This document shows positions 32,659-43,418 of a stretch of 64,000 bases of DNA, piece by piece. The stretch spans positions 32,258-96,257 of the forward strand of contig PDIP01000046.1 in the NCBI GenBank assembly GCA_002811645.1. The letters run 5' to 3'. Made by a program: the position numbers and the translations under genes. Position 1 is the stretch's first letter. Each line of letters begins with the position of its first letter. Source of the stretch: Corallochytrium limacisporum Hawaii. Lineage: Eukaryota > Protista > Pluriformea. The notes beneath the pieces are model-generated. The model made no database searches, was not told where the DNA came from, and worked only from the letters and a program-made list of their open reading frames with translations.

Positions 32659-35600
32659 TCACTTTGACAGGTATGCATAGAATTTGGCAATTATCTCATT
32701 GTCACTGGGTTTCGCAGGCGGCTTAACCAGTTGATGCAATAGTTTGTTGACCAGACCCTTCGTCGCGGAATCACGGTTCAACTGACGACGCATTTGTTCT
32801 ATCAAACTGAACCAGACCGGTTCCATATATAGCACCAAGTGACTGTGGAACGACTGCAAGGTCACCGCACAGTCGAGCCAGTGGTACCAAAGGTTATGCT
32901 GTGCATTCAACTGCCTAACGGTTCCCAAGAGCAGAGTGTAGATGACGGGCCAAATCCTTAGCCATAACGGCAGCACTGCAGGATGCACCTGCTGTCCCAG
33001 CTGTCCCCCTCGAATCTTTCGTCTGTCCTGGAGCTCATGGTACGCCGTAAAGATTTTCAGGAAGCAGAACACTTCTGAGAACACCAAAGTTGCGTTCTCC
33101 ACAAGGCGAACGGAGAAGTACCGCTCATCTTCTGTCTGACCGATAAGGGAAGCTAGACGGTCTTCCTGACCTTGGAAACTAACCGCAAATGTTTCGTCAC
33201 TGTAAGCCTGACTCACCAACAGCTTCACAATCATGTCCCCGAAATCCGATTGACTAGCTAGCAGCCGAGCGCCGATTGGTGCATTTTGCTGCAATGCTGT
33301 GGAATAGCAGAGCCAACTGGCGGTGCGCAGGTTGAGGATAAGTTCTGTGGTCTTTGTGCGCTCATCAAAAGCAGGCAAAACGTCCTTCGGGCTGATGACA
33401 CGTGTGTCCAGCATACGTACCAACAGATCAATGCATAGCTTGCGCAGTTCCAAGGCAAAGAAACCGCGATCTGCGAATTTCCTCAGCAAACTGTAATGGC
33501 TGGACAGGGTGGCCAAGACTTTGCGATCGGAACGAGTGTATGTGGTAACAACCACAGGGATACTTGGACGAGTAGAATACTCGACATTGGTCACCAGGTC
33601 CTTTAGCATTTGCACCAAATGCAGTGAGAACATACGAGCGAAGATGCCGTCCGCTTGGTAGGCTTCAAACAGCATCAACAGGCTGTCCTCGTCAAAAGTG
33701 TAGTATAACATACAGGTATGAGTAAAATGACGAGCTGAGCGATTTTGAAACACCAAATATTCTGGTGTCGTCATCTCTAGGCTGGCAATTATGCGGAAGA
33801 ACTTTGACAGATCCGCGGGGTTGCGATAATCAATGCCCAATTTGTACTCGCACAGTTGGTCGCAAACCGATCTCACCAACTCAGACAACGGTTTCAAGTC
33901 CACCTTCTTTGCGTTGCAGAGCCAGTCGACAAGTCGATGCTGGTTCAGGAAGAACAGAGTCAACTCCTCAGAGGTGATACTCATGCTTTCGTGATGCAGT
34001 TGGACTTCCGAGAAGTACTCAAACGAGTGCTGGCACAGACTGAGGAGGCGTCCGGCGCCATCCTCACTGTCGGACATAACCAAAATAAGCACATCCATGA
34101 AGTTCGGATTCACTGGCAGGTTGGTGAACGGCAATGTTCGCATCAAAGTCCCATCTCCCCGGTCGAGCTGAACACCCTCTCCCCGCCACACATTGTCCTT
34201 GTAATTGCCCAGAGATGGCAGCTGCATAACGTCAAAGTCAAGATTCTTTCGCTGCAGCAAATGTAGCATGCCAACCTGACCATATTTCTCCATAGTCTTC
34301 TCAATCAGCTTGGAGGCAATCCTTCTGATGGTGCTCGTCGACTGTCGATTTCCCGGCAATGAACCCACGAAAATACAAGCACCGCTGAACATCAACACAT
34401 CGCTAACCATCTCTAAGGCAAGGCGCGGCTGCAGTTCAATCACGAGGTGGAAAACGCACAACACCTCCACAATGTACTCGAGAGATGCCTGTTCACTTCG
34501 AATGCGAGCAAGCAGTGTGCGCACAACCTCATCCAGTACTTTTTGATCCATCTCATTGGTCATTTCGTATCGGTACAAAATGATAGAGAGCGACCTCAAG
34601 CCGCGCTTGAATTCAACCAAACACTGATTGATCGGCATAACTTCGTTTCCAAGCAAAGCCTTCAGAGTGTACAGGCATGGACGCACCAAATAGGTCGCAG
34701 CCTCTTCCGAAAAGTCAAAGATCAAGGGAAAATCTAAAAGCACAGTGCGCCATACCCACTCACGAACACGGTTCGAACTTATTTGCCAAGTTGGTCGACG
34801 CAGGTGCTTGGCAAAGTTCTGCAGTGTGCGGGATGATCCTTGTCTTTGAATAAGCATGTTCACACTTGAGATACTCGCGCGCCGTTTGCTCGTCGCGGAC
34901 GATGACTGCCGAATTTGGTCTCCTGATAGCGTTATACCTCCAGTTCGGCGCTTCAGTGCCTTTGTTGATTGCTCTGCAAGGTTCGTTTCTGATTTGTTCT
35001 TCGACAGCTGAGCCAGGTGCTGCTGAACCACTCTCTCCATGACAGCAGATGTCCTCGGTTGACTCAAGGCGGTGTCGAGAATTATTGACGTGCGACGTTC
35101 TCGAATAACCTCGTCTTGAGTTATCGACATCCGTCTCGGTCGACTGTATGGAGAATCGCCTCCTGCGCCCACATTTCGTGAACGGGCTTGGGCAGGTTCC
35201 ATACTTGAGGATCGCCGCTGAGGTTGCGGAGTGTTTGATGCGGACTTGCTGATACTTGGGACGCGACCAATACGCTTGGATTTGAGCAGCTCTGCCAGGA
35301 GAGGTGACACAGAAAGGTCACCTTCTAAATGAACCGGGGGTCCAGAAATGGAACCTCGTCGACTAGCCGGATGTAGCTGGTCAGTACTAGTGCCTCCCTT
35401 GCGAGCTGTTAGCGGCGAACTTGGCAGAGCTCTGTCTCCGCTCACACTCATCCTCCTTGCATGAGATGGCCGAGGAAGGTCAGTATCAAGTACCTGTCCC
35501 ATGGCAAAGGTGGAGCTGCGAGATCGTCGTTTTTGCAGTGGCGTTGTCGGCATCGACGCTTGGCTCACAATCTCGCCACTTTGCTGGTGCCCGATGGACA

Positions 35601-38600
35601 TGTCTCCCGATCCTTCGAAGCTCATCAAATCTTCAGTGTTGAAACCCAGCAGCTGAACAAGACGTTCTACAAAAAGATCCATGTTGTCTGGCAAGTGTTG
35701 GTGTGCAAGTTGGCGAAGTGCAAGCTTCACAACAAGTCCAATAAAGTTGTTGTAGTGAGAAAGTGAAGTGGCTTCTTCTCCCACAGGTCGCTGGCTCGCT
35801 TGTAGCATGAAGCTCAATATAGTCTGCCAGGGGCACACAACATACTGCGGAAATGCACTCTGGAACGTGATCATGTGTTTCAGCTGTTGATGCAATGCCT
35901 GCGGTGGTAGCTTCAGCATCCCCCCTCCGTTGCTGGAGTCAGCCGGTGACACTAAATTTTGGTCCAAGGCCATCTGGTAGGTGATTGGGGTGGTTGATTT
36001 ACTGGCCCCAGAGCTATCTAAGCCACTGCTCGTAATGGATGTCCTACCACTAGCCATCTTGCCCTTTTCTTTGTCTGATTCTGTTTCGGTCTGGAACATG
36101 CGATTGTCGTAGCAAGACAACCGTGACGCCCAATGACTAAGATAGAACTTCATCTTTTCCTCTGGAATCAGGTCAATGGCTTCGCGAGCAACAATTCGGA
36201 TCTGAACCACTCGGTGTGTGATGCAGAGTGACAGACCGTTGAAGAGACCCCCGAGTCGGTACTTTCCCATTGTCGTCAGCGTCATGGTATCAGAAATTGG
36301 CAAAATTGTTAACATATTTCCCAAAACAAATAAGCCACGGACAACATCATCGACATTGACATCATCATCAGAATAGAACCGTTGTGTGCTAGCATAGTAC
36401 TCTGCCTCACTCTGCAACATGTACGTGAAGATCTTGATACACGTCCCTTGAATGCTATCTGTAGGAGTGTCTTCGGACCAGAGGTTTGCAATGCAATCAA
36501 TAGACGACGCAGGTGCAATGTGAGCCGGGTCTGCAATGTCAGACGACTCACAGTAGAGCCTCACAAAAGTTGATAACACCATAGTCTTGACGACAGCATT
36601 TCCGTGTTTCATCATGTCTGCGAAGATGCGCGTGACTGCGTGATTGCTGAGATCGACCTCAAGATCCTCTGAGAAACATTTTGTGACCTGGAAGGTTGGC
36701 GTCGACGCGATGCTGTCACTATCAGACTCACCAGACGGATAATTACGTCCCAATGGAGACCTTGTAGGATAAGCGCCCCCGGTGATCCCACGGAAAATGC
36801 CTGAAAGGTGGCGACTTGGCTTCTTGGTTAGAGTTGATGCCTCTCCAGCAGCTGAAGCATGCGGACTGTCGTTTCCCCTAGGAGATGGCAATTCCCCAAG
36901 TTTGGAAAGACTTGGGAATGGTGAGGTGAATGGAGGTGTCCCTGACCCATCAGACCCCCGCTCCGTTGTCGAGGAGGATAAATGTCCAGAGTTTGGAATC
37001 CTGTTTCCTGTTAAGTGCAATGACTTCCTGTGGACTTTCCTCTTCATGGATGCAACACGCGGGCGACGCAGAGACTCATGCGATCCTTCCATAACTGCCA
37101 TAGGCACATTTTCGCTTCCTACGTCCCTCAGATTGATCGGTAGACCACAGGCGTACTCGATCAAAATGCATGCAATATCTGCAAAAGACTGAAAGAAGTA
37201 AAGACTACGGGAGCCATTCTCTTCTTTTTGGTCCAATGAATCCCTGTTGATGTCGGAAAAATTCGCAAGATTTCCGGCATCTTCCTGAGCTTCAAGAATA
37301 ATTTTCAGCAAACCATCCACAAGGGAGATGATGCGGTTAAAATTCCAACCCTCTTTCTTCCCGATGGTGTCGCCGGTCGCCTCAAGGTTTGTCAGCATCA
37401 AATCCGCGATTTGAATTGCTTGCTCTGGCTCGGGATCAGATGTCCTCACCAGCGCTTCATATGCTGTAATTGGTACATAGATAGTCATGCTCTCCAACAC
37501 ACGTAAGACGTCAAGATTGCGCTTGAGCTCACCCTCATCTGAACAGAAACTAAAAGCGTCGACTTCCTCATCAAGACAGAATGTGAAGAAGATCTCAAAA
37601 AGACTTCTCGAGTCGCCCATACCCGGCTGTGCACATGGGCACCGTGACATGCGACCGAACGTGTGGTGTGTTGTACATGCATGCGGTCTCGTGCAAATGA
37701 GGTCAAGGAACAGAAAACAAGTTCTCGCGAGAACATCCTTGTTAATATCCACATATTTGACAATGTGGACCATAGCTCCAATGAAGAAGGTTGTGTGCTG
37801 CATTGATTCTGTTTCCACCTCCTTCAATTTGTTTGTCAGCAGGGTATCCGTTTTGACATTATGGAAGACACTCTCCCACTGTTCTTGCTCCTCAACTGCC
37901 TTAATGTATGATGCATATGTGTTGATCATGTTCGGGAAAGCATCCAGTGCCCGACGGACCCATTGCGCTAGAACAAGCCTAATCCTGTCCGGTCGGCTGG
38001 TATCATCTGTAAGAAGCACTTTCTTCTGAGGAATCAGCGAGTATTGGTCACTCTTGAACATTTGCCGCATCACGAAACACCACCAGTCCATAATTGCTTT
38101 GAAGATGCTATACACCTCATCTTCCCTGCAAAAATTCGGATCAACAGCACCCAAGAAGTATACTAAGTTCACGGTGTAGTCCAGGAACTCATGACGTCCA
38201 CCAAAATGCCCGATAATTGCTGCGGTTGAGCTGCGCATCATGGCAGCTTCTTGTGGACTGTGTGCATCGAATAGATTGTAGAGACGAACACACTGTTGAG
38301 TGGTGTCATCGTCCTCTTGCAATCTAGTGGATCGGTTTCGAAGCCCGTACATGACGTCGGGATCATCATGGTCCTGATTAGCAATCAGTGAGAATACACA
38401 ACCGTCTTCGATCATGAGAGCAAGAACCTCTTTCGGGTTTGAAACAATGTCCGCATTGCTTTCCATTGACAACCATTTTGCAAGGTCCCCTTGAGTCAGG
38501 AACGGGGGACTCTTTCTGTCCGCAGTCAAGACTAAATGCCTCCGAAGCCGACCGAGAAGTTTTGAGAGTAGGGTCCGCCGATCAGTGACCGGTGAGCCCG

Positions 38601-40116
38601 TGCTGCAAAGTGAATTCCTCTTATTGAAAACAGCCATTCGTCTCTTTTCCGGGCCATCTTGTAGGTACCCTTCATCGAATGAGTCCAGTACCCTGCACGG
38701 CCAAAAGTAGTTCATTAGTGTCAGGACCTTGACTGCGTTCTCGAAAGTTCCCTCTCCCATACACTTTGACAAAACAATCCCAGTCGGTACGTCAAGATTG
38801 TTAAGCCGCCATACAATGGTTCTCAGTGAGCTCAAGTGATCGAGACGTGACGTGGCTGCACTGACAATTGCAGATGCAACCACTGTCAAACGCTCCCGCT
38901 GATGGTCAACATCATGATCTGGTAGTGCATCCCTCACTAAAGTGTCGCCCAGAGATGCTGTCTTTGTCAGGTTCTGAGCAGTGGTATTCAACTGTGCAAC
39001 CACTTTATCAAGCAGAAACTCTATGTATCCCAGGAGCTCGTCGCAATGGACCCGATCTGCCCCGGCCAGCAGGGTGTATATGCAGACCCATAAAATGTCA
39101 CGGTCTCGAATGTTGGCGATCGAACTGACCATGCGATACACCGCAAACAGGAAGTCATTGTAGTCCTGGGCGTCGTCCTCCCCAGTGATGGTTGATGGCA
39201 ACTTCAACAGGCACTTTTTCACAACCCGCAAGATTCGTGCCATAACCCTTTGCACATCTTCAATGGGCCTCTCCAAAAAGCGCGGAAAGTCCTCTTTAAT
39301 TGTTGCGTCCAGGAGATGTGCAAGGCTGTGAAGTTGAACAAAGGTGAGACTTTCATACCTCTTCGGAAGCAAAAGGATTTGCTTTACCTTGTACATGGAT
39401 ATGCTGTCGATTTCATCTTCAGACATGCCTTCCTGAGCGTCCCGACTTCGCGCATTGTCTCTATTGCCCAGTGTAAATCGACGCATGCGCTGAAACACAC
39501 TCTGTGATGCTCTTCGTGCTTGAGATATATTCCTTCCATCTGGGGTATCCAGCAGCGGTGCTGCACCAACACTCTGTGATTCTCTTCCCAATGCTCCTCG
39601 ACCGTCGACACCGGTGAGGCTGAATCCCCGCGCTCTCCTCTTCAGAATCTCTTCCGATGCTGAAGTGCTCTCCCTCCGAAGGACACCGTGTCTTTCGCTG
39701 GGACCCGAGATGCTGAGCCCCCGCAAACGGGCCATTAGTGGCTTTTTCTCTGCAGAAGGATCACCCAACAAAGGAGCCGCCGGATATTCGACATCTGTTG
39801 TCGCGAATCTAACTTCGGTTTGCAGAGCCGATTTAGGCTGACCGTCTTCGTTCTGTATCTCATGCTGTCGACCCTCAATATGTATGCTTGGAACAACCGG
39901 TCCGCTTTCGTTCTGAGCATTGACTATGTGTGAGGTGGTTTGGTCGGGCGCAGATTTCCGTCGCTCCAATTCCCGATGGGCCAGTGGCGGCCCCAGACGT
40001 GAATCTCCTGTGTTGCCGTTGTCGTTAGCATCATTCCGTCCCTCACCGTCAGTCGCTCGTGGAAACTGATGCATGCCGACTTCCGGCTTTCCATTTTTCT
40101 CATCGTCAGGTACCAT
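32659..40116 (-). CDS. Large HEAT/ARM-like helical protein, probable UNC79 homolog
   Basis: 2485-aa single-exon ORF, helical with S/R-rich loops. Segments ASAIVSAA, GEGTFENAVKVLTLMNYFWP and DRKSPPFL resemble, in order, the UNC79 N-terminal motifs as I recall them (ASSMLMIA, YGPSQVKPPAVQMLFHYWP, DKPPPLYL). The CDS is certain; the identity is moderate. Confidence 0.55.
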   Translation of the reverse strand: MVPDDEKNGKPEVGMHQFPRATDGEGRNDANDNGNTGDSRLGPPLAHRELERRKSAPDQTTSHIVNAQNESGPVVPSIHIEGRQHEIQNEDGQPKSALQTEVRFATTDVEYPAAPLLGDPSAEKKPLMARLRGLSISGPSERHGVLRRESTSASEEILKRRARGFSLTGVDGRGALGRESQSVGAAPLLDTPDGRNISQARRASQSVFQRMRRFTLGNRDNARSRDAQEGMSEDEIDSISMYKVKQILLLPKRYESLTFVQLHSLAHLLDATIKEDFPRFLERPIEDVQRVMARILRVVKKCLLKLPSTITGEDDAQDYNDFLFAVYRMVSSIANIRDRDILWVCIYTLLAGADRVHCDELLGYIEFLLDKVVAQLNTTAQNLTKTASLGDTLVRDALPDHDVDHQRERLTVVASAIVSAATSRLDHLSSLRTIVWRLNNLDVPTGIVLSKCMGEGTFENAVKVLTLMNYFWPCRVLDSFDEGYLQDGPEKRRMAVFNKRNSLCSTGSPVTDRRTLLSKLLGRLRRHLVLTADRKSPPFLTQGDLAKWLSMESNADIVSNPKEVLALMIEDGCVFSLIANQDHDDPDVMYGLRNRSTRLQEDDDTTQQCVRLYNLFDAHSPQEAAMMRSSTAAIIGHFGGRHEFLDYTVNLVYFLGAVDPNFCREDEVYSIFKAIMDWWCFVMRQMFKSDQYSLIPQKKVLLTDDTSRPDRIRLVLAQWVRRALDAFPNMINTYASYIKAVEEQEQWESVFHNVKTDTLLTNKLKEVETESMQHTTFFIGAMVHIVKYVDINKDVLARTCFLFLDLICTRPHACTTHHTFGRMSRCPCAQPGMGDSRSLFEIFFTFCLDEEVDAFSFCSDEGELKRNLDVLRVLESMTIYVPITAYEALVRTSDPEPEQAIQIADLMLTNLEATGDTIGKKEGWNFNRIISLVDGLLKIILEAQEDAGNLANFSDINRDSLDQKEENGSRSLYFFQSFADIACILIEYACGLPINLRDVGSENVPMAVMEGSHESLRRPRVASMKRKVHRKSLHLTGNRIPNSGHLSSSTTERGSDGSGTPPFTSPFPSLSKLGELPSPRGNDSPHASAAGEASTLTKKPSRHLSGIFRGITGGAYPTRSPLGRNYPSGESDSDSIASTPTFQVTKCFSEDLEVDLSNHAVTRIFADMMKHGNAVVKTMVLSTFVRLYCESSDIADPAHIAPASSIDCIANLWSEDTPTDSIQGTCIKIFTYMLQSEAEYYASTQRFYSDDDVNVDDVVRGLFVLGNMLTILPISDTMTLTTMGKYRLGGLFNGLSLCITHRVVQIRIVAREAIDLIPEEKMKFYLSHWASRLSCYDNRMFQTETESDKEKGKMASGRTSITSSGLDSSGASKSTTPITYQMALDQNLVSPADSSNGGGMLKLPPQALHQQLKHMITFQSAFPQYVVCPWQTILSFMLQASQRPVGEEATSLSHYNNFIGLVVKLALRQLAHQHLPDNMDLFVERLVQLLGFNTEDLMSFEGSGDMSIGHQQSGEIVSQASMPTTPLQKRRSRSSTFAMGQVLDTDLPRPSHARRMSVSGDRALPSSPLTARKGGTSTDQLHPASRRGSISGPPVHLEGDLSVSPLLAELLKSKRIGRVPSISKSASNTPQPQRRSSSMEPAQARSRNVGAGGDSPYSRPRRMSITQDEVIRERRTSIILDTALSQPRTSAVMERVVQQHLAQLSKNKSETNLAEQSTKALKRRTGGITLSGDQIRQSSSATSKRRASISSVNMLIQRQGSSRTLQNFAKHLRRPTWQISSNRVREWVWRTVLLDFPLIFDFSEEAATYLVRPCLYTLKALLGNEVMPINQCLVEFKRGLRSLSIILYRYEMTNEMDQKVLDEVVRTLLARIRSEQASLEYIVEVLCVFHLVIELQPRLALEMVSDVLMFSGACIFVGSLPGNRQSTSTIRRIASKLIEKTMEKYGQVGMLHLLQRKNLDFDVMQLPSLGNYKDNVWRGEGVQLDRGDGTLMRTLPFTNLPVNPNFMDVLILVMSDSEDGAGRLLSLCQHSFEYFSEVQLHHESMSITSEELTLFFLNQHRLVDWLCNAKKVDLKPLSELVRSVCDQLCEYKLGIDYRNPADLSKFFRIIASLEMTTPEYLVFQNRSARHFTHTCMLYYTFDEDSLLMLFEAYQADGIFARMFSLHLVQMLKDLVTNVEYSTRPSIPVVVTTYTRSDRKVLATLSSHYSLLRKFADRGFFALELRKLCIDLLVRMLDTRVISPKDVLPAFDERTKTTELILNLRTASWLCYSTALQQNAPIGARLLASQSDFGDMIVKLLVSQAYSDETFAVSFQGQEDRLASLIGQTEDERYFSVRLVENATLVFSEVFCFLKIFTAYHELQDRRKIRGGQLGQQVHPAVLPLWLRIWPVIYTLLLGTVRQLNAQHNLWYHWLDCAVTLQSFHSHLVLYMEPVWFSLIEQMRRQLNRDSATKGLVNKLLHQLVKPPAKPSDNEIIAKFYAYLSK

Positions 40117-40920
40117 TATTTGGCTCAGCTTTGGCCCTTGGCCAACTTTGATCTTCTACTTACTTTACCATTCCGCGCAAAATGCTTAAATCTTGCAAAT
40201 CAATCTGCAATACAAAGTCTAGTGTACCGCTGTCGTTCCATGTCAAAACCACGGAACGATTCACGATCGACACAAAGTGGACTGAGCGGTAATTGATCGT
40301 TTGCACAAGATTTTCTCCGCAACATCATGAACAGTGAAACCTCATCAAATAGGTATTCGTTTGCCCCCACAGCCCAACGCTCATAATCTCGACACCGGCG
40401 CTACCCATCGCGCCGGTAGATGCGCGGTCTTTCGAGCGTATAGAGAAAAAAAGGAGGGTCTGATTTCTACCAATGGCTTTGGGCGGAGGCGGAACGCCCT
40501 GGTCCGGGGAAGGGGAGGGAAGGGAATAGAACACTGCGGGACCGCCTCTGGTGCGCCATCGCTAGGAAATATGATACCACCGACGAAGAAGTATTGCTTG
40601 AAGCCGAGGGTAACTGGCAGGGAGGAGGAAGGGCGAAGAGGGCTTGGGGGGGGGGGGTTTGGAGGGTTGTTGGGGTCCTTGGAACGCCCACAAACCCCAG
40701 GTGCACTGTGGGAGGAAACAGAGGATCGCGTTTCTAGTGTTCGTAAAACTCAAACCCATATTTTATTTCATCTGATTTGATGGTAAGAAGAGGTATCCGT
40801 AGATCTAAACTCAGGTAATGTAACTTTGGCCTGTGTTGTGAATAGAACGCTGGGATATGGCTTTCTAAATTGTCAGCAGGCAAACAATGCAAATCACATG
40901 ATAAACAATATGTAACAAAG

Positions 40921-41379
40921 ATGACTAGGAAGAGGAAAAAAGACGCAGACTCTGGTTCAGAGGCCGATTCTACAAAAAAGATAAAGTCAGAAGAACAGTC
41001 TGAGCCCCAACCTGAACCGACGGATGTGACAACCCCACCCCGCAATAAACCTGAGGCGAAGCCCGAGGAGGGCGGAGTGGAAGTCCTGGGTAATGTGCAC
41101 TTGGGGCAAGTTCTAGAGTTTGGCGGCGCGCGTAGCCCACCCATAATGCACTGGGCGCTAGAAGAAATGGAAAAGATAGCAGAACGGCTGCAACCAACAG
41201 TGATCGAAGCCACCGAGGAGAAAGCTATCGACATGATCGAGGATATGGCCACGGCATTTCAAATGTTTGATAAGGAGATGCATGGAGAGCTGCAGCGATC
41301 GAGGATGCTCGGAATAGTGGGAAGTAGACAGAAGAAGAAAACTCCGCGGAGTACACCTCAGGATGATATAAATTCATAA
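40921..41379 (+). CDS. Hypothetical protein (152 aa), probably nuclear
   Basis: ATG at 40921, protein-like composition, N-terminal RKRKK and C-terminal KKK basic clusters, helical C-terminal half; fills the space between the UNC79-like gene and ACADVL. Confidence 0.65.
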   Translation: MTRKRKKDADSGSEADSTKKIKSEEQSEPQPEPTDVTTPPRNKPEAKPEEGGVEVLGNVHLGQVLEFGGARSPPIMHWALEEMEKIAERLQPTVIEATEEKAIDMIEDMATAFQMFDKEMHGELQRSRMLGIVGSRQKKKTPRSTPQDDINS

Positions 41380-41537
41380 AGAATAGTACGAAAGTAACTT
41401 AATAGAAATAGCCATGTGAGAGACATTGCAGATGTTCTATTCTATGTTTGCTTGCTCATGGATGTTCGCATAGAAAAATGATGGAAAATGGATCGTTTCA
41501 AGTACTTCACATTGTTCACACAGACTCTTGAATTTCT

Positions 41538-43418
41538 TTAAATCTGGACAGGGTGCGGGATGTCGTAGCCCTCAGCACCGCAAACCAGCTCGGAGATCTT
41601 CTTGTAGTTCTCGTCAGACGTGCTGATGTCACCGCTCAACTGGGCAAGGTTGGCCTCGACACGGCGGTAGGCATCGTCACAGAAGGTACCTGCGAGCAGA
41701 GTCTCACGCTCGGCACTTTCAGCACCCTGGTTAAGGGAGCGCGTGGCGCGGGACAGTACAGCGGCCATGGCGTACATGTCAATAGCACAATCAGCGACAC
41801 GCTTCGCCGGCATTTGCTGGTTGATAATGCCTTTACCGTGCTTCATCAGCAGACCTTCAACCTGGTCGTGCAGACCTTGAATACCCCGGGAGAGTTGGTC
41901 AGCATGCTTCTGCAGGTCGGAATGGACTTCAGGAATCTTTGGGATACCCATACCCATGGCACGACCCAGACGCTTCTGGCCATAGGCAGCAATTGCACCG
42001 GCACCGCCCAAGGGGTTCTTCAGAGCCTTCTGCAGACCCTGTAGCTCCTTGCCTGCACCTTGCATACCGGTCAAACCGATGAAGAGACGCAAAATATCGT
42101 TGGTGCCTTCGAAGATTCGGAAAATCCGCAGATCACGCAGGACACGCTCAACGCCGTGGTCCATCATGAAACCGTTTCCACCAAGAGTTTGAATTGTCTC
42201 GTCCGCCACAAACCAAGCGTTTTCGGAGGCGAAGATCTTGGAGATGGCGGCTTCGATCTGGTAGTCCTCAGAGCCTTTGTCCATGTTGCCAGACACCATG
42301 TAGGCGACGGACTCGGTTGCGTACAGGCGGGTGGACATCTCTGCAATCTTCTCCTGGATCAGGCCATAATTCTTGATCTTGTCACCGAATTGAGTGCGTT
42401 GGTTGGCCTGGTCGATGGCTTTCTGGATACAAGTCTTCATGGTGCCAGTCAGGGCAGCACCCATACCAAAGCGACCGTTGTTCAAAATGCGCATAGCAAC
42501 CTTGAACCCGTCGCCAACCTCACCCAGGACGTTCTCTACCGGCACCTTGCAGTCCTCGAAGTAGACTTCGACGGTGTTGGAGCACTTGATACCCATCTTG
42601 CGCTCAGGAGGGCCATTGGATACACCACCAAAGCCGCGCTCGACAATGAAAGCGGTCATCTTGTCCTTCAATTCTCCGGTCTTTTCATCCTTCACTTCAG
42701 TGCGAGCGAAGACGGTGAAGAGATCGGCCAAACCACCACCGGAAATCCAGATCTTCGACCCGTTCAGGATCCAGTGCTTTCCGTCGTTGGAGAGGACGGC
42801 CTTGGTTTTGACGGAGGAGGCGTCGGAACCAGTGCCAGGCTCGGTCAGGGCGAAAGAGGCGATCATCTCACCACTGGCCAGCTTTGGCAAGTACTTTTCC
42901 TTCTGTGCGTCATTGCCGTCGAGCATGATACCCTTGAAGCCAATGGACTGGTGAGAACCAAGAGCGATGCCCACACCCAAATCGTTGGCACCAACAATCT
43001 CGGTCATGCGGGCATATCCAGTGTTGGATAGACCAATACCACCAAGGTCTTGAGGAACCTGCAGACCAAAAGCACCCAGTTCCTTCAAGGACTCCAGGAC
43101 TTCGTCAGGAATCTTTCCGTCAATGTCATTCTGGGCCGCATCGTTGACCTCGTCGAAGAACTTCTCAGTGGGAGAAAGTATCATAGCGAGGGTGTCTTTC
43201 TCTTCAGCAGACAGAGAGTCGGGGTAGGGGAAAGCCTCAGTAGTGTTGACTTTACCGAGGAACATATTGCGGGCGAAGGAAGTGACCTCAGTGGAATAGT
43301 TCTTTCGCAGCAGAGTGAATGCAGGAGCGAAAAGAGGAGCAGACTTGCCTCCATGAATCTGCGCAGCCTGGGCAGTCAGGCGCGCAACATGCCGACCAGA
43401 TTGACGAAGAGCAAACAT
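41538..43418 (-). CDS. ACADVL: Very-long-chain acyl-CoA dehydrogenase, mitochondrial
   Basis: Presequence; SFARNMFLG, FALTEPGTGSD, LNGSKIWIS, ILNNGRFGM and ERVLRDLRIFRIFEGTNDILRLF; VLCAD-type C-terminal extension. Confidence 0.93.
   Translation of the reverse strand: MFALRQSGRHVARLTAQAAQIHGGKSAPLFAPAFTLLRKNYSTEVTSFARNMFLGKVNTTEAFPYPDSLSAEEKDTLAMILSPTEKFFDEVNDAAQNDIDGKIPDEVLESLKELGAFGLQVPQDLGGIGLSNTGYARMTEIVGANDLGVGIALGSHQSIGFKGIMLDGNDAQKEKYLPKLASGEMIASFALTEPGTGSDASSVKTKAVLSNDGKHWILNGSKIWISGGGLADLFTVFARTEVKDEKTGELKDKMTAFIVERGFGGVSNGPPERKMGIKCSNTVEVYFEDCKVPVENVLGEVGDGFKVAMRILNNGRFGMGAALTGTMKTCIQKAIDQANQRTQFGDKIKNYGLIQEKIAEMSTRLYATESVAYMVSGNMDKGSEDYQIEAAISKIFASENAWFVADETIQTLGGNGFMMDHGVERVLRDLRIFRIFEGTNDILRLFIGLTGMQGAGKELQGLQKALKNPLGGAGAIAAYGQKRLGRAMGMGIPKIPEVHSDLQKHADQLSRGIQGLHDQVEGLLMKHGKGIINQQMPAKRVADCAIDMYAMAAVLSRATRSLNQGAESAERETLLAGTFCDDAYRRVEANLAQLSGDISTSDENYKKISELVCGAEGYDIPHPVQI

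Noticed and set aside
42060-43031. 323-aa ORF on the + strand
   Set aside because: Antisense to the strongly codon-biased ACADVL gene
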